Assembly (NCBI GenBank): GCA_964594455.1
Contig: CAZQLY010000008.1
Span: forward strand, 42 to 64,041
Direction: 5' to 3'
DNA length: 64,000 bases
Source: an uncultured Gammaproteobacteria bacterium
Lineage (GTDB): Bacteria > Patescibacteriota > Patescibacteriia > JAHIZJ01
Shown: positions 9,758 to 20,516 of the stretch, one piece after another
How positions within the stretch are numbered: position 1 is the first letter of the stretch
Layout of the letters: every line of letters starts with the position of its first letter
Translations under genes and position numbers: made by a program
Notes under the pieces: model-generated
Told to the model about the DNA's origin: nothing
The model's database searches: none
The model's input: only the letters and a program-made list of their open reading frames with translations

Positions 9758-11230
9758 CTATTCTAATTCGATATGACCAGTCCAACCGGCACTGGGTTTA
9801 AATTTAAGATTGAGGCTTTGAGCCTGATCGTTGTTTGAGACGATGTCTATATCGTCGGGTTGGAAATTGATCAAAGGGAAATGTTTCTCCGAAAACGATT
9901 CTCGAATGTGAGGTATTTTTTTCCAATCAAAGCCCATAATCTTGGCTGAGACAAATTCCATGGCCACTGGATTAATACCGGCCAGGAGAACGCCTGATTG
10001 TTTTGGGGTTTGTTCCATGGGTCCCTCACCTTCGCCGCCCAATAAGCCGTCGACTAGACAGAAATATTTACGCTGAGGCGTTTGATGCAACTGGCCATTC
10101 TTATCAGCAAAAAGAATGATATTATTCAAATCGATAATACAGCGCCAAATTGTGTCGTTGCCATACCAGCTGCCTTCCATGACGTTCTTTAAGCTGGGTT
10201 TGGTCTTGAGAGCGGCTTGTTCCATCGACTGTCCCAGCACCAGCTTCTCGTAATATTTTCGAATCAAAGTGGCTATGGGGACGGTCCAGCGAGAGCGTTT
10301 CAACAGGTCAAAGAAATGCCATTTGAAATACATCCAGGGATTTTTTTTATGAAATTCATCGCCACCTTTTTCAGGAGAGCCGGCTCGATGGTGAGCGATC
10401 CAGCGTTTGTCACCGTTGATACCGATCAGGTTTTTCATGGCTGAGGTAAGGCCCGCCTTGCGATGAGATTTCAGCTTCGGCATGTTGATTAGAAGGTCAG
10501 CCGACAAAATAGTATTACAAACATAATATTCATTGTGGTCTTTATTATGATGGGGCGGAACAGTGCCTTTGCCGTAGTCAGTGATGCGGAATTTATTACT
10601 TTTATCAATCACCGGCATCAAACGGCTTTTGTCCTTCATGTCTACTATTGCGTAACCCAAAGGATCACGGTCTTGGAAATCACGTCGGCCAATCACACCA
10701 TATTTATTCAAATGGGAAATCTCTTTACGTAGATCCAGCAGGGGAATGTTTATACCTTCATTTTTGTAGAACTCAACTAGATCTTTTAACTGGCTGCCTA
10801 CGATGATTTCTTCCCAGTCTGAGCTTTGGAGAGGCACGTCGGCAATTATTATTTTTACGTTTTTATTTGTGGCCAGTAGCAAGTAATCAACAATCGGTCG
10901 AATAACTGCTGCCTGAGTTATCATACTTTTTACTCCGATTTCGCCTAAAGGATGATTGCCTTTAACCAGGTTGGGTTTGATAACCACGGTTTGTCCGGGT
11001 TTTATCAATTTACGGAAAGGATTCCACTCCGGCTGGTTTAAGTGTTCTCGGCTCAAGCCCATACCCAGTAAAGCCTCTCTGACGTTTCTATAAACATGGT
11101 TTGAGGGATTGGTGTTCTGGCATAAATCACCGAGCTGTTCTAACTCAGGATATTTCTGATCCGGATAAAAAGGCGGGTCAGGATAATCGTACGTATTGGA
11201 TATGTGCAGATATACTTGGTTATTTTTCAT
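9758..11230 (-). CDS. DUF362 domain protein
   Basis: VVIKPNLV, INMPKLKSHRKAGLTSAMKNLIG and VDGLLGGEGEGP are characteristic of DUF362. Confidence 0.85.
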   Translation of the reverse strand: MKNNQVYLHISNTYDYPDPPFYPDQKYPELEQLGDLCQNTNPSNHVYRNVREALLGMGLSREHLNQPEWNPFRKLIKPGQTVVIKPNLVKGNHPLGEIGVKSMITQAAVIRPIVDYLLLATNKNVKIIIADVPLQSSDWEEIIVGSQLKDLVEFYKNEGINIPLLDLRKEISHLNKYGVIGRRDFQDRDPLGYAIVDMKDKSRLMPVIDKSNKFRITDYGKGTVPPHHNKDHNEYYVCNTILSADLLINMPKLKSHRKAGLTSAMKNLIGINGDKRWIAHHRAGSPEKGGDEFHKKNPWMYFKWHFFDLLKRSRWTVPIATLIRKYYEKLVLGQSMEQAALKTKPSLKNVMEGSWYGNDTIWRCIIDLNNIILFADKNGQLHQTPQRKYFCLVDGLLGGEGEGPMEQTPKQSGVLLAGINPVAMEFVSAKIMGFDWKKIPHIRESFSEKHFPLINFQPDDIDIVSNNDQAQSLNLKFKPSAGWTGHIELE

Positions 11231-12572
11231 GAGAAAGCCGGCTAATTGTATAACGATATTTTCCCGAAACAGAAGTTAGTATTTCGTCAACATATTTGAA
11301 AGTAACTTGGCAGCCTTGGCCTAAAACATGTTTAATTTTATTTTCTATATCAGTTACATCACTGTCGTTTTTTTGCCCTGACAAAATTATGTATACGTCA
11401 ACATCAGTAAAATCGTTTTGAACAACCTGGAATCTTTTGACCCAGAGCCGGTTATAGAAAAGATGGGTGAAGTATTCACCGTGTATTATCGTACCATCTT
11501 TGGTACGGAAATGATCTGATACTCGGCCAGTAACAGTTTTTAATAATTTCAATTTTCTTCCACAGCTGCACCAGCCATCTTTCTTTATACTGGTATCACC
11601 GATACGATAGCGAATCAACGGGAAAGACAAATTATAAAAAGTTGTAATAATGTTCTCGCCCACTTGTCCGGCTGGGGCTTCGCGGCCGCTCTGGTCTACC
11701 ACTTCAAGAAGTTGAGAGAATTCAAAAATGTGAAGCCCTTCTTGCTTAGAACACTCAGCCGCAATACAACCAACCTCTCGGGACCCGTATTGATTATAGA
11801 GCTTGGTTTTAAAAACTTCCTCGACGAGCTGTTTAACTGGTTCAGTTATTGTACCGGCGGTAGCAATAATGGCGTTAGGCGAATATATCGAGAGGGAATT
11901 TTCTTTTACGAAACGAGCCAACTCATAGATTGATTCGGTGTAGCACCAGACTGATTTAGGTTTAAATGTGTTAAATGAATCTACGTAACGTCGCATGATT
12001 TTTTCAGACATTTGGAAGCTGTTGAGCAGTTTCCGATTGTATAACCAGTTTTTAAAACGAAAGGCAATAGTTTCTTTTCCGGCCAAGGTGTCTCTCTCAG
12101 AACCCCAGAGCTTGATTTCTTTTTCACCCATTTCTTTTCCGATCATGTGGTTATAAAAAATGTGGCTGGTAATGCCGAGGTCCCAAAACAGATTATCTTT
12201 CAAAAATTTAACTGGTACGCCGGTCGATCCGCCCGAAGTATCGGTCCAGGTTTTTCGAGCCACTGTTTTTTTTGAAACCAGATTGTCAAATTCTTTTCTG
12301 ATTATATCCTTAGTTAGGAAAGGAATTTTATGAAAATTTTCTGTGTGTACCTGATCGTTTTGAATGACATCAGCTTCTGCTAGTATTTTTGTATAGTACG
12401 GGCAGTTTTCGTAAGCGTGTTTTAGCAGTTGCTCCAGTTTGTTTTGTTGGATTTGTTCAATCTTTTCTCTGGGTAGAAACTCAATTGATTTCAAATACTC
12501 AAACTTTGACGGAACTGTGCTCCCAGTTGATTTGAGCAATAAGTTTATTACTGGTTTACGCCAGTTGAGCAT
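11220..12572 (-). CDS. Phenylacetate-CoA ligase/CapK-like adenylate-forming enzyme
   Basis: TSGGSTGVP, YGSREVG, PLIRYRIGD and GRVSD. Confidence 0.88.
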   Translation of the reverse strand: MLNWRKPVINLLLKSTGSTVPSKFEYLKSIEFLPREKIEQIQQNKLEQLLKHAYENCPYYTKILAEADVIQNDQVHTENFHKIPFLTKDIIRKEFDNLVSKKTVARKTWTDTSGGSTGVPVKFLKDNLFWDLGITSHIFYNHMIGKEMGEKEIKLWGSERDTLAGKETIAFRFKNWLYNRKLLNSFQMSEKIMRRYVDSFNTFKPKSVWCYTESIYELARFVKENSLSIYSPNAIIATAGTITEPVKQLVEEVFKTKLYNQYGSREVGCIAAECSKQEGLHIFEFSQLLEVVDQSGREAPAGQVGENIITTFYNLSFPLIRYRIGDTSIKKDGWCSCGRKLKLLKTVTGRVSDHFRTKDGTIIHGEYFTHLFYNRLWVKRFQVVQNDFTDVDVYIILSGQKNDSDVTDIENKIKHVLGQGCQVTFKYVDEILTSVSGKYRYTISRLSHEK

Positions 12573-13686
12573 GTTTTTTATAAAGATTTAAATACTGATC
12601 AGTCATATTTTTCCAACTCATTGTTTCTGCTCTTTGACGGCTGGACTGACCCATCTTATTTCTTAAATCCTGATCCTGATAGAGTTTCTCCAAAGCTTGG
12701 AAGATTTCCTGACTACTCCCTTTTTTTATAATGAAACCGTTAGACTGATCGATTAGTTCTTTGGTACCGCCAGTATCAGTAGCTATGATAGGTAAGCCAC
12801 TGGACATGGCTTCCAGAACGGAGTTACTCATACCTTCATTCAGAGAGGGGAGGACAAAAATATCAGCTGATCTGTATAGCTGAGGTGTTTTTTCATGCGA
12901 AACAGTACCATGAAATTCAACCGCTGCATCTAATTCTAGTTTATGGATCAAGCTTTTCAATTTATTTTCCAAATTTCCAGAACCCACGAGGATAAGTTTG
13001 CCAGCTTGATATTTTTTGTAGAATTGTCCGAAACCCTCGATCAGATAGTTAATACCTTTTCTCTTAATTAGCCGGGACGTTGAAATAATATTAAACGTTG
13101 TTGATAATTCCTTGGGTCGGAACTCATTAGTATCAATGCCGTTATAGATTACTGAGAATTTCAATTCCGGACTGGTTGCTTCGGCTAATTCTTTTAAGCC
13201 CTGGGAATTAGTTATGACCGAAGATGCCTTCTCCCAGACTGTGCGACTGAGCCTTTGAAATATAAAGGTATCGAGTAATTTGAACCTGGGATTGTAGAAC
13301 GGTACATCGGATCCTCTCAACGACACTAGGTAGGGAAGCTTAAGTAATTGAGCCACATAACCGCAGGGGATACCAAAAAAAGCGTGTACAAGATTATAAC
13401 GCTTTTGTTTTTTTAATTTCTTGGACAGATTTAAGGCCTTCCAACTATATTTGATCAGATCAACCTCACTTTGATATTGGAGATTGCCACTTTTGCCGAT
13501 GTCCAGAAAGTAGATGCTTATATTTTGTGAGAACCGTTCCGTTCTATATTTATCAGTCGATGAAGTTATTAGGTCTATCTCCAGATCGCTATTTTTAGAA
13601 AGTTCCCTGAGCAAATAGTATGTGGCATTACCAGCTCCACCACCCAGTGGTGGAAATTCGTAATTAAGCATCAAAATTTTTAGCAT
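12556..13686 (-). CDS. Glycosyltransferase family 4
   Basis: YEFPPLGGGAG and LPSLNEGMSNSVLEAMSSGLP. Confidence 0.92.
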   Translation of the reverse strand: MLKILMLNYEFPPLGGGAGNATYYLLRELSKNSDLEIDLITSSTDKYRTERFSQNISIYFLDIGKSGNLQYQSEVDLIKYSWKALNLSKKLKKQKRYNLVHAFFGIPCGYVAQLLKLPYLVSLRGSDVPFYNPRFKLLDTFIFQRLSRTVWEKASSVITNSQGLKELAEATSPELKFSVIYNGIDTNEFRPKELSTTFNIISTSRLIKRKGINYLIEGFGQFYKKYQAGKLILVGSGNLENKLKSLIHKLELDAAVEFHGTVSHEKTPQLYRSADIFVLPSLNEGMSNSVLEAMSSGLPIIATDTGGTKELIDQSNGFIIKKGSSQEIFQALEKLYQDQDLRNKMGQSSRQRAETMSWKNMTDQYLNLYKKHAQLA

Positions 13687-13818
13687 ACTATTTCCCAGTC
13701 GTTTGGTTCGGAAGGCTTGGCTCCCGTTAAGTAAAGAATCAGATTATAATTTATTATTTACTGACGTCACTAAACGTTGTTTCTATTTAGGGTTGAAATA
13801 TTTACTCGGCGATATAAT

Positions 13819-14778
13819 CTAAGAAATATTTTCATCTTTGTTCTCTATTATTTTTTTAATAGAATAAACGGTTCTGTGTTTGTTGTAAAAAGTTTTGATT
13901 GCTATGTCAGCCAGCAAGCCGGATATGAACAGCTGGACACCTACCAGTATTAGAAATACCGATACCAGGGGCCAGATGCTATTTTGTAAACTGATATATC
14001 CAAAGAAACGGGTCAGCGCTAAATAAATTCCTAAAACTGTACCGATGCCTCCGAAGACCACACCCATGCCCCCAAAGAGATGCAGGGGGCGAGTGGAGTA
14101 TTTTCTCCAGAACCAAACAGAAACCATGTCAATTGAACCTTTCAATATCCTCTTCCAGTTATATTTAGTATCGCCAGACGTACGGGGACGGTGATTTACT
14201 TTAATTTCTGCAATAGTAAAACCACGCCAGCGCAATACTCCTGGTATAAAGCGATGCATTTCGCCAAAAAGAGTCAGATCCTCGAAGCATTCACGGCGGT
14301 AAGCTTTTAAGGTGCAACCGGAGTCATGAATTCCATCGCTGATAAAAAACTTACGCAAAAAATCTGCGCCTCGAGAAATGAATTTCTTTGAGGAAGCATC
14401 TTGACGATCATATCTCCAGCCCGAAACTACATCTACACCTTCAGTAATTTTCTTAAGCAGATTGGGAATGTCAGCCGGATCGTTTTGACGATCACCATCC
14501 ATGGCGATAAATATTTCACCCTGGGCTGCTTTAAATCCGGCATCAAGAGCGGCGGTTTGGCCAAAGTTTTTTCGGAAACGTATGACTTTGACGGGGGAGA
14601 GGTCCTTTAATCGATCAAATGTCTGATCGCGGCTGCCGTCGTCAACGAAAATAATTTCGTAGGGTTCTTTGAGAGTATCCATAACTTCCTTAATTTCAGC
14701 ATGCAGCGGAGCTACATTATCTTGTTCATTGAAGGCAGGCACTACTATTGAGTATTTGATTGTTTTTTCTTGATTCAT
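13819..14778 (-). CDS. Polyprenyl-phosphate glycosyltransferase, GT2 (ArnC/GtrB-like)
   Basis: FVDDGSRD, NFGQTAAL, MDGDRQNDPADIP, GEMHRFIP and two C-terminal TM helices. Confidence 0.9.
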   Translation of the reverse strand: MNQEKTIKYSIVVPAFNEQDNVAPLHAEIKEVMDTLKEPYEIIFVDDGSRDQTFDRLKDLSPVKVIRFRKNFGQTAALDAGFKAAQGEIFIAMDGDRQNDPADIPNLLKKITEGVDVVSGWRYDRQDASSKKFISRGADFLRKFFISDGIHDSGCTLKAYRRECFEDLTLFGEMHRFIPGVLRWRGFTIAEIKVNHRPRTSGDTKYNWKRILKGSIDMVSVWFWRKYSTRPLHLFGGMGVVFGGIGTVLGIYLALTRFFGYISLQNSIWPLVSVFLILVGVQLFISGLLADIAIKTFYNKHRTVYSIKKIIENKDENIS

Positions 14779-15698
14779 TGTTTAAAATTTTCACTATTTT
14801 CAGCATACCAGGCGTTGGTTCTTTTCATTCCTTCAGCAAAGCTTACCTGGGGCTGCCAGTTTAGAAGCTCTTTAGCCTTGGAGTGATCAGCTAGCGTATC
14901 ATGGGGTTCGACTCGAGGTTCAATGTGTTTGATGTCTCCGCCGATGATTTCTGCTACTTCATTCACGCTGTGATTATCGCCATTACCCACGTTGATAACC
15001 TCTCCTTGTCCAACTTTTTCACTTTCCATAGCCAGCAAATTTGCTCTGACCACATCATCAATATAGGTAAAATCTCTGGTCTGGGTGCCGTCACCGGTAA
15101 TTGTCAGCTTCTCGCCGTTTATTTTTTGACGATTGAATATAGCGATTACCGTTACATAAGCTCCTTCGGTGGCCATCTTTGGACCATAGACGTTAAAGTA
15201 TCGAAGCGAAACGGTTTCAATTCCCCAGAACATCGAGGCCAGCTTGGTGTATTCTTCACCGACATATTTTTGTAAGCCATAAGGACTTTTGGGATTCGGC
15301 TTCATATCTTCACGCAGGGGCAGGGAAGTGGGATCACCATAAGCGGATGAAGAAGCAGAATAAACCAGCCTTTTTACCTTAGCATCTTTGGCCGCCAGAA
15401 TTACGTTTAATGTTCCGGTAATGTTTGTGTCGTTGGTTTCTACTGGATTCTGGATCGATACCTGTACTCGAGGTAGGGCGGCAACATGAAATACCCCCGC
15501 CGCTTCCTTGAAGGCGGGGCGTATTTCTTCCAAATTGCGTATATCGGCTTTAATGAACTCTGCTTTAGGATGAATATTTTCTTTTTTACCGGTCGAGAGA
15601 TTGTCTATGATGTGTACAGTATCACCCCGGTCTATCAACGCTTTAGTAATATATGATCCGATAAAACCTGCGCCACCAGTTACTATAAATGTTGCCAT
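14775..15698 (-). CDS. NAD-dependent nucleotide-sugar epimerase/dehydratase
   Basis: VTGGAGFIGS, YGLQK (YxxxK), LRYFNVYGP and RDFTYIDD. Confidence 0.92.
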   Translation of the reverse strand: MATFIVTGGAGFIGSYITKALIDRGDTVHIIDNLSTGKKENIHPKAEFIKADIRNLEEIRPAFKEAAGVFHVAALPRVQVSIQNPVETNDTNITGTLNVILAAKDAKVKRLVYSASSSAYGDPTSLPLREDMKPNPKSPYGLQKYVGEEYTKLASMFWGIETVSLRYFNVYGPKMATEGAYVTVIAIFNRQKINGEKLTITGDGTQTRDFTYIDDVVRANLLAMESEKVGQGEVINVGNGDNHSVNEVAEIIGGDIKHIEPRVEPHDTLADHSKAKELLNWQPQVSFAEGMKRTNAWYAENSENFKQ

Positions 15699-15907
15699 TT
15701 GTTAATGTTTTTAGTTGTTATTTTTTTGAATTACGGAATGAATTCTACCATATTTCCTTTATTTGTAAAGCTGTAGTATTCATGTATAATATAATAAGTT
15801 TTAGCACTGGTGCTCAGGAAAAAACTATACTTTTCCAAGAAATTTTGTCATTATTATAGTCGAGGGATATATTTATTACCTATAATAGCGTGAAAGGAAT
15901 AACCAAC

Positions 15908-16648
15908 ATGAAAGGAGTAATATTAGCAGGAGGAAAAGCCACGCGTTTACGACCATTGACTTGGGTAACCAATAAGCACCTTTTGCCGATTTACAACAAA
16001 CCGATGATCTTCTATCCGTTGGAATCTATGGTTAGAGCTGGGATTAAAGAGGTGTTGATGATCACGGGGCCGGAGCATTCGGGTCATTTTATTAATTTGA
16101 TTAAATCTGGTAAAGAATTTGGTTTAAAAGTTTCTTATGAAATACAAGAGGAAGCCAGCGGTTTGTCAGACGCCGTTTCTTTGGCCGAAGATTTTGCCGA
16201 CGATGAAAAACTTCTGGTCATTTTGGGAGACAATATTTTCAAACATGATTTAAGTCAAGCAGTGAAAGATTTCGAAAAACAGGAAAAAGGCGCTAAGGTG
16301 TTTGCCAAAGAAATGCCTATTGAGACGGCCAAGCAGTACGGCATCATTGAATTAGATGATAAAGGGACAGTAGTATCAATTGTTGAAAAACCCGACCAGC
16401 CAAAATCAAATCTAGTCCAGACCGGTATCTACATGTATGATACTCAGTGTTTTGATTTTATTAAAAAACTGGAGCCCTCAGCTCGCGGTGAGCTGGAAAT
16501 CACAGACTTGAATAATTTCTACGTTGACCAGGGGACGATGACTTGTGAGGTTATGCAGAGCTGGTGGGTAGATGCTGGCACCTCATTTGATGAATTGCTA
16601 AGGGCCAATCAAATTGTGGCGGAAGAAGTAAAAAATAATGGTAAATAA
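15908..16648 (+). CDS. rmlA: Glucose-1-phosphate thymidylyltransferase (short form)
   Basis: GVILAGGKATRLRPLT, LGDN and PSARGELEITD, in an rml context. Confidence 0.88.
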   Translation: MKGVILAGGKATRLRPLTWVTNKHLLPIYNKPMIFYPLESMVRAGIKEVLMITGPEHSGHFINLIKSGKEFGLKVSYEIQEEASGLSDAVSLAEDFADDEKLLVILGDNIFKHDLSQAVKDFEKQEKGAKVFAKEMPIETAKQYGIIELDDKGTVVSIVEKPDQPKSNLVQTGIYMYDTQCFDFIKKLEPSARGELEITDLNNFYVDQGTMTCEVMQSWWVDAGTSFDELLRANQIVAEEVKNNGK

Positions 16649-17126
16649 CATGCTTGAAGGGGTTAAGATCAAAGAATTAAAAGTTCATAAAGATATCCCG
16701 GATCGGGATGAAGACGTTAACAAGCCTGGTTTTTTGATGGAGGTTTTGCGAAATGACGACAACCTTTTAAAAAAATACGGTCAGACAACCTTTACAGTAG
16801 CTTATCAGGGTACAGTCAAAGCATTTCATTATCATGAAAAGCAGGACGACCTTTGGTTTGTGGCCACAGGAGAAGCAATGATTGTTTTATACGATCTGCG
16901 CGACGGTTCTCCAACCAAAGGTGAAACCCAGGTTATTATGGCCGGAGCGGATAACTATAAGCTGGTAGTCATTCCGATAGGTGTTGCCCATGGATACAAA
17001 GTGTTAAGCGAAGAGCCAGTATTGTTGTTTTATCACACAACTGAATCATATAATACTGAGCAGCCAGACGAAAAAAGACTTCCTTATAATGACCCATCAA
17101 TAGGATTTAATTGGAATACTAATTAA
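16638..17126 (+). CDS. rmlC: dTDP-4-dehydrorhamnose 3,5-epimerase family
   Basis: VKAFHYHEKQDDLW and VIPIGVAHGY cupin motifs. Confidence 0.85.
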   Translation: MVNNMLEGVKIKELKVHKDIPDRDEDVNKPGFLMEVLRNDDNLLKKYGQTTFTVAYQGTVKAFHYHEKQDDLWFVATGEAMIVLYDLRDGSPTKGETQVIMAGADNYKLVVIPIGVAHGYKVLSEEPVLLFYHTTESYNTEQPDEKRLPYNDPSIGFNWNTN

Positions 17127-17152
17127 AAATGTAAAATTTAGAGTTAATAATT
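17120..17152. repeat. Left arm of a 33-bp imperfect inverted repeat made of tandem heptamers
   Basis: AATTAAA AATGTAA AATTTAG AGTTAAT AATTTAG; 26/33 identical to the reverse complement of 17563-17595. Confidence 0.7.
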
Positions 17153-17193
17153 TAGGAAAATCTTAAAAGAATATTTAAAGACGGTTTAGAGAA

Positions 17194-17571
17194 ATGCTGG
17201 AGATGATAATGACCCAGGTAACCATTCATAATCGTACGTTACAATTTAGTAAAGAGATGACAAGATATCTTCAATCATGTTCCACAAAAACGACCATATC
17301 AAGGGTATTAATAAACCAAGTTATGCGTTCAGCTTGTTCGATTGGAGCAAATGTTGTTGAAGCACAAAATAGCGCCACTAAGAAAGAATTTAGAAGATTT
17401 CTTCAAATATCACTTCGTTCAGCGAAAGAAACAGAATATTGGTTGACTATCTTTAAAGAGATTGGGGGCGCGGATTATAAGAAAATCGATATCTTGTTGG
17501 AAGAAAATAAACAAATATCTAAGATAATCGCTACAATACTAATTAAATCAGCCAACAACCATAATTATTAA
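17194..17571 (+). CDS. Four-helix-bundle protein (23S rRNA IVP family)
   Basis: QVMRSACSIGANVVEAQ..TKKEFRRFLQISLRSAKETEYWL signature. Confidence 0.92.
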   Translation: MLEMIMTQVTIHNRTLQFSKEMTRYLQSCSTKTTISRVLINQVMRSACSIGANVVEAQNSATKKEFRRFLQISLRSAKETEYWLTIFKEIGGADYKKIDILLEENKQISKIIATILIKSANNHNY

Positions 17572-17595
17572 TTTTTCATTTTAAATCTTAAATTA
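17563..17595. repeat. Right arm of the 33-bp inverted repeat around the four-helix-bundle gene
   Basis: Reverse complement reads T AATTTAA GATTTAA AATGAAA AATTAAT AATT. Confidence 0.7.
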
Positions 17596-17596
17596 T

Positions 17597-18544
17597 ATGA
17601 AAATATTAGTCAGTGGTTCAATTGCCTTTGATCGTATCATGGATTTTCCCGGGCGATTCAAAGAGCATATTATTCCCGAGAAAATTCATGTCCTGAGCGT
17701 CAGTTTTCACATGAACAGTTTGAAAGAGAAGTTTGGCGGTACTGCTGGCAACATTGCTTACAACTTGACCTTGTTGAAAGAAGAGCCGATTGTGCTGGCA
17801 ACAGCCGGTAACGATTTTGAAGCTTATAAAAAATGGCTGGAAGGAAAAAATATTAGTACAAAACATATTAAGATTTTTGATGATTTTACCGCCTCAGCTC
17901 ATATTATGACCGATCTGGATGATAATCAGATCACCGGGTTTCATCCGGGAGCTATGAAGATAGCCAGTGAAAATTCGATTGAGGATATAAAAAAAGAATT
18001 TGGCGACGAGCTGTTTGGAATTATTTCAGCCGGTAATGTTGATGATATGCTGTATTATGCTCGGGAGTATCAGCGTTTGAATATCCCATACATTTTTGAC
18101 CCGGCCCAGCAGATCCCGATAATCGGTATGGACCAGCTTAAGTATGCCATCCAAGGGGCCAAGATATTTATCGGCAATGATTATGAAATAGATTTAGTTT
18201 TGAAAAAGACCAGATTAACCAAGGAAGATATATTGAAGAAGACGGAACATGTTATCACCACCAAAGGTGAAAATGGTTCGGTGATAGAGACCAAAGAGGG
18301 TGCTCACAAGATACCAGCCGCCAAACCAAAGGAGATGAAGGATCCGACTGGGGCCGGAGATGCTTATCGGGCCGGTTTATTAAAGGGCTTGCTGGGAGAT
18401 TATTCATTGGACCAGACTGGTCGGATTGCTTCACTGGCCGCTATTTATCCCATTGAACATTATGGTACGCAAGAACACTCTTATACCTCCAGCGAATTCA
18501 TAATGCGATATAAAGAAAATTTTAAAAGTGACATTAATATCTAA
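17597..18544 (+). CDS. PfkB-family kinase, probable adenosine/nucleoside kinase
   Basis: SGSIAFDRIM, FGGTAGNIAYNL and DPTGAGDAYRAG; lies near ahcY. Confidence 0.85.
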   Translation: MKILVSGSIAFDRIMDFPGRFKEHIIPEKIHVLSVSFHMNSLKEKFGGTAGNIAYNLTLLKEEPIVLATAGNDFEAYKKWLEGKNISTKHIKIFDDFTASAHIMTDLDDNQITGFHPGAMKIASENSIEDIKKEFGDELFGIISAGNVDDMLYYAREYQRLNIPYIFDPAQQIPIIGMDQLKYAIQGAKIFIGNDYEIDLVLKKTRLTKEDILKKTEHVITTKGENGSVIETKEGAHKIPAAKPKEMKDPTGAGDAYRAGLLKGLLGDYSLDQTGRIASLAAIYPIEHYGTQEHSYTSSEFIMRYKENFKSDINI

Positions 18545-18550
18545 AAAACA

Positions 18551-19201
18551 ATGGCAAAGAAAAGGAAACAAAGTAAAAGAGCAAAGTCAGTAAAGAAAAC
18601 ATCAAAGCCAGGATTCTCACCAATTATCGCTCTATCAGTTTTGGTCGCGATAGGCGTTGTGGTTGGCGGTGGGATGTATTATATGACCACCATAACCGGT
18701 TTTGATGACAGTAGTAATCCTAACGTGACGGTAAAGACTGCAGCAAATTCTGCAAGTAAAGGGTATAACACATTTACCTTTGATCCGACTGGGGATTGGC
18801 AAACATTTACTAATAATGATTATGGCTTTTCACTAAAATACCCATCTAATTGGGAAGGGTATAAGACTGATGACCAGGGAAATTTCTTTTTTAGTTCAAT
18901 AGAGCTGGGTGGCACGACCCTAGGAGTATCTATTGCGGTTAGAGAAATCAGTCTTGAACAATACGTCAGTGAACTGGAATCAGGAGAGTTGGGCGCCCAG
19001 GAGATCGTTTCCCAAACCAGCGCCACATTAAATGGCATATCCGGAACCAAGGTGTTATCATTGAATGAAATAGGTGCTGAAAAGGTTCATATCTTCATTG
19101 AGCAAGATGAAAAAGCATACATCATTCTTTACGATTTAGCTGGTGAAGAAGCAGAAGGTGATTTTGATGAGAGAATTGCTTCTACATTCAATCTGATTTA
19201 A
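18551..19201 (+). CDS. Membrane-anchored PsbP-like protein
   Basis: Basic N-terminus, one TM helix, WQTFTNNDYGFSLKYPSNW and a C-terminal IASTF. Confidence 0.65.
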   Translation: MAKKRKQSKRAKSVKKTSKPGFSPIIALSVLVAIGVVVGGGMYYMTTITGFDDSSNPNVTVKTAANSASKGYNTFTFDPTGDWQTFTNNDYGFSLKYPSNWEGYKTDDQGNFFFSSIELGGTTLGVSIAVREISLEQYVSELESGELGAQEIVSQTSATLNGISGTKVLSLNEIGAEKVHIFIEQDEKAYIILYDLAGEEAEGDFDERIASTFNLI

Positions 19202-20485
<1,284 letters not shown>

Positions 20486-20516
20486 TTGGGATTAATTAAA
20501 ATATTAGAAATAATAA

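Noticed and set aside
13687-13835. 21-codon ORF (MKIFLRLY...) overlapping the end of the GT2 gene
   Set aside because: May be a remnant of a deleted gene but is too short to support
17194-17571. Avd of a diversity-generating retroelement
   Set aside because: The fold family is shared, but no reverse transcriptase or TR/VR pair with adenine-specific mismatches was seen in the window
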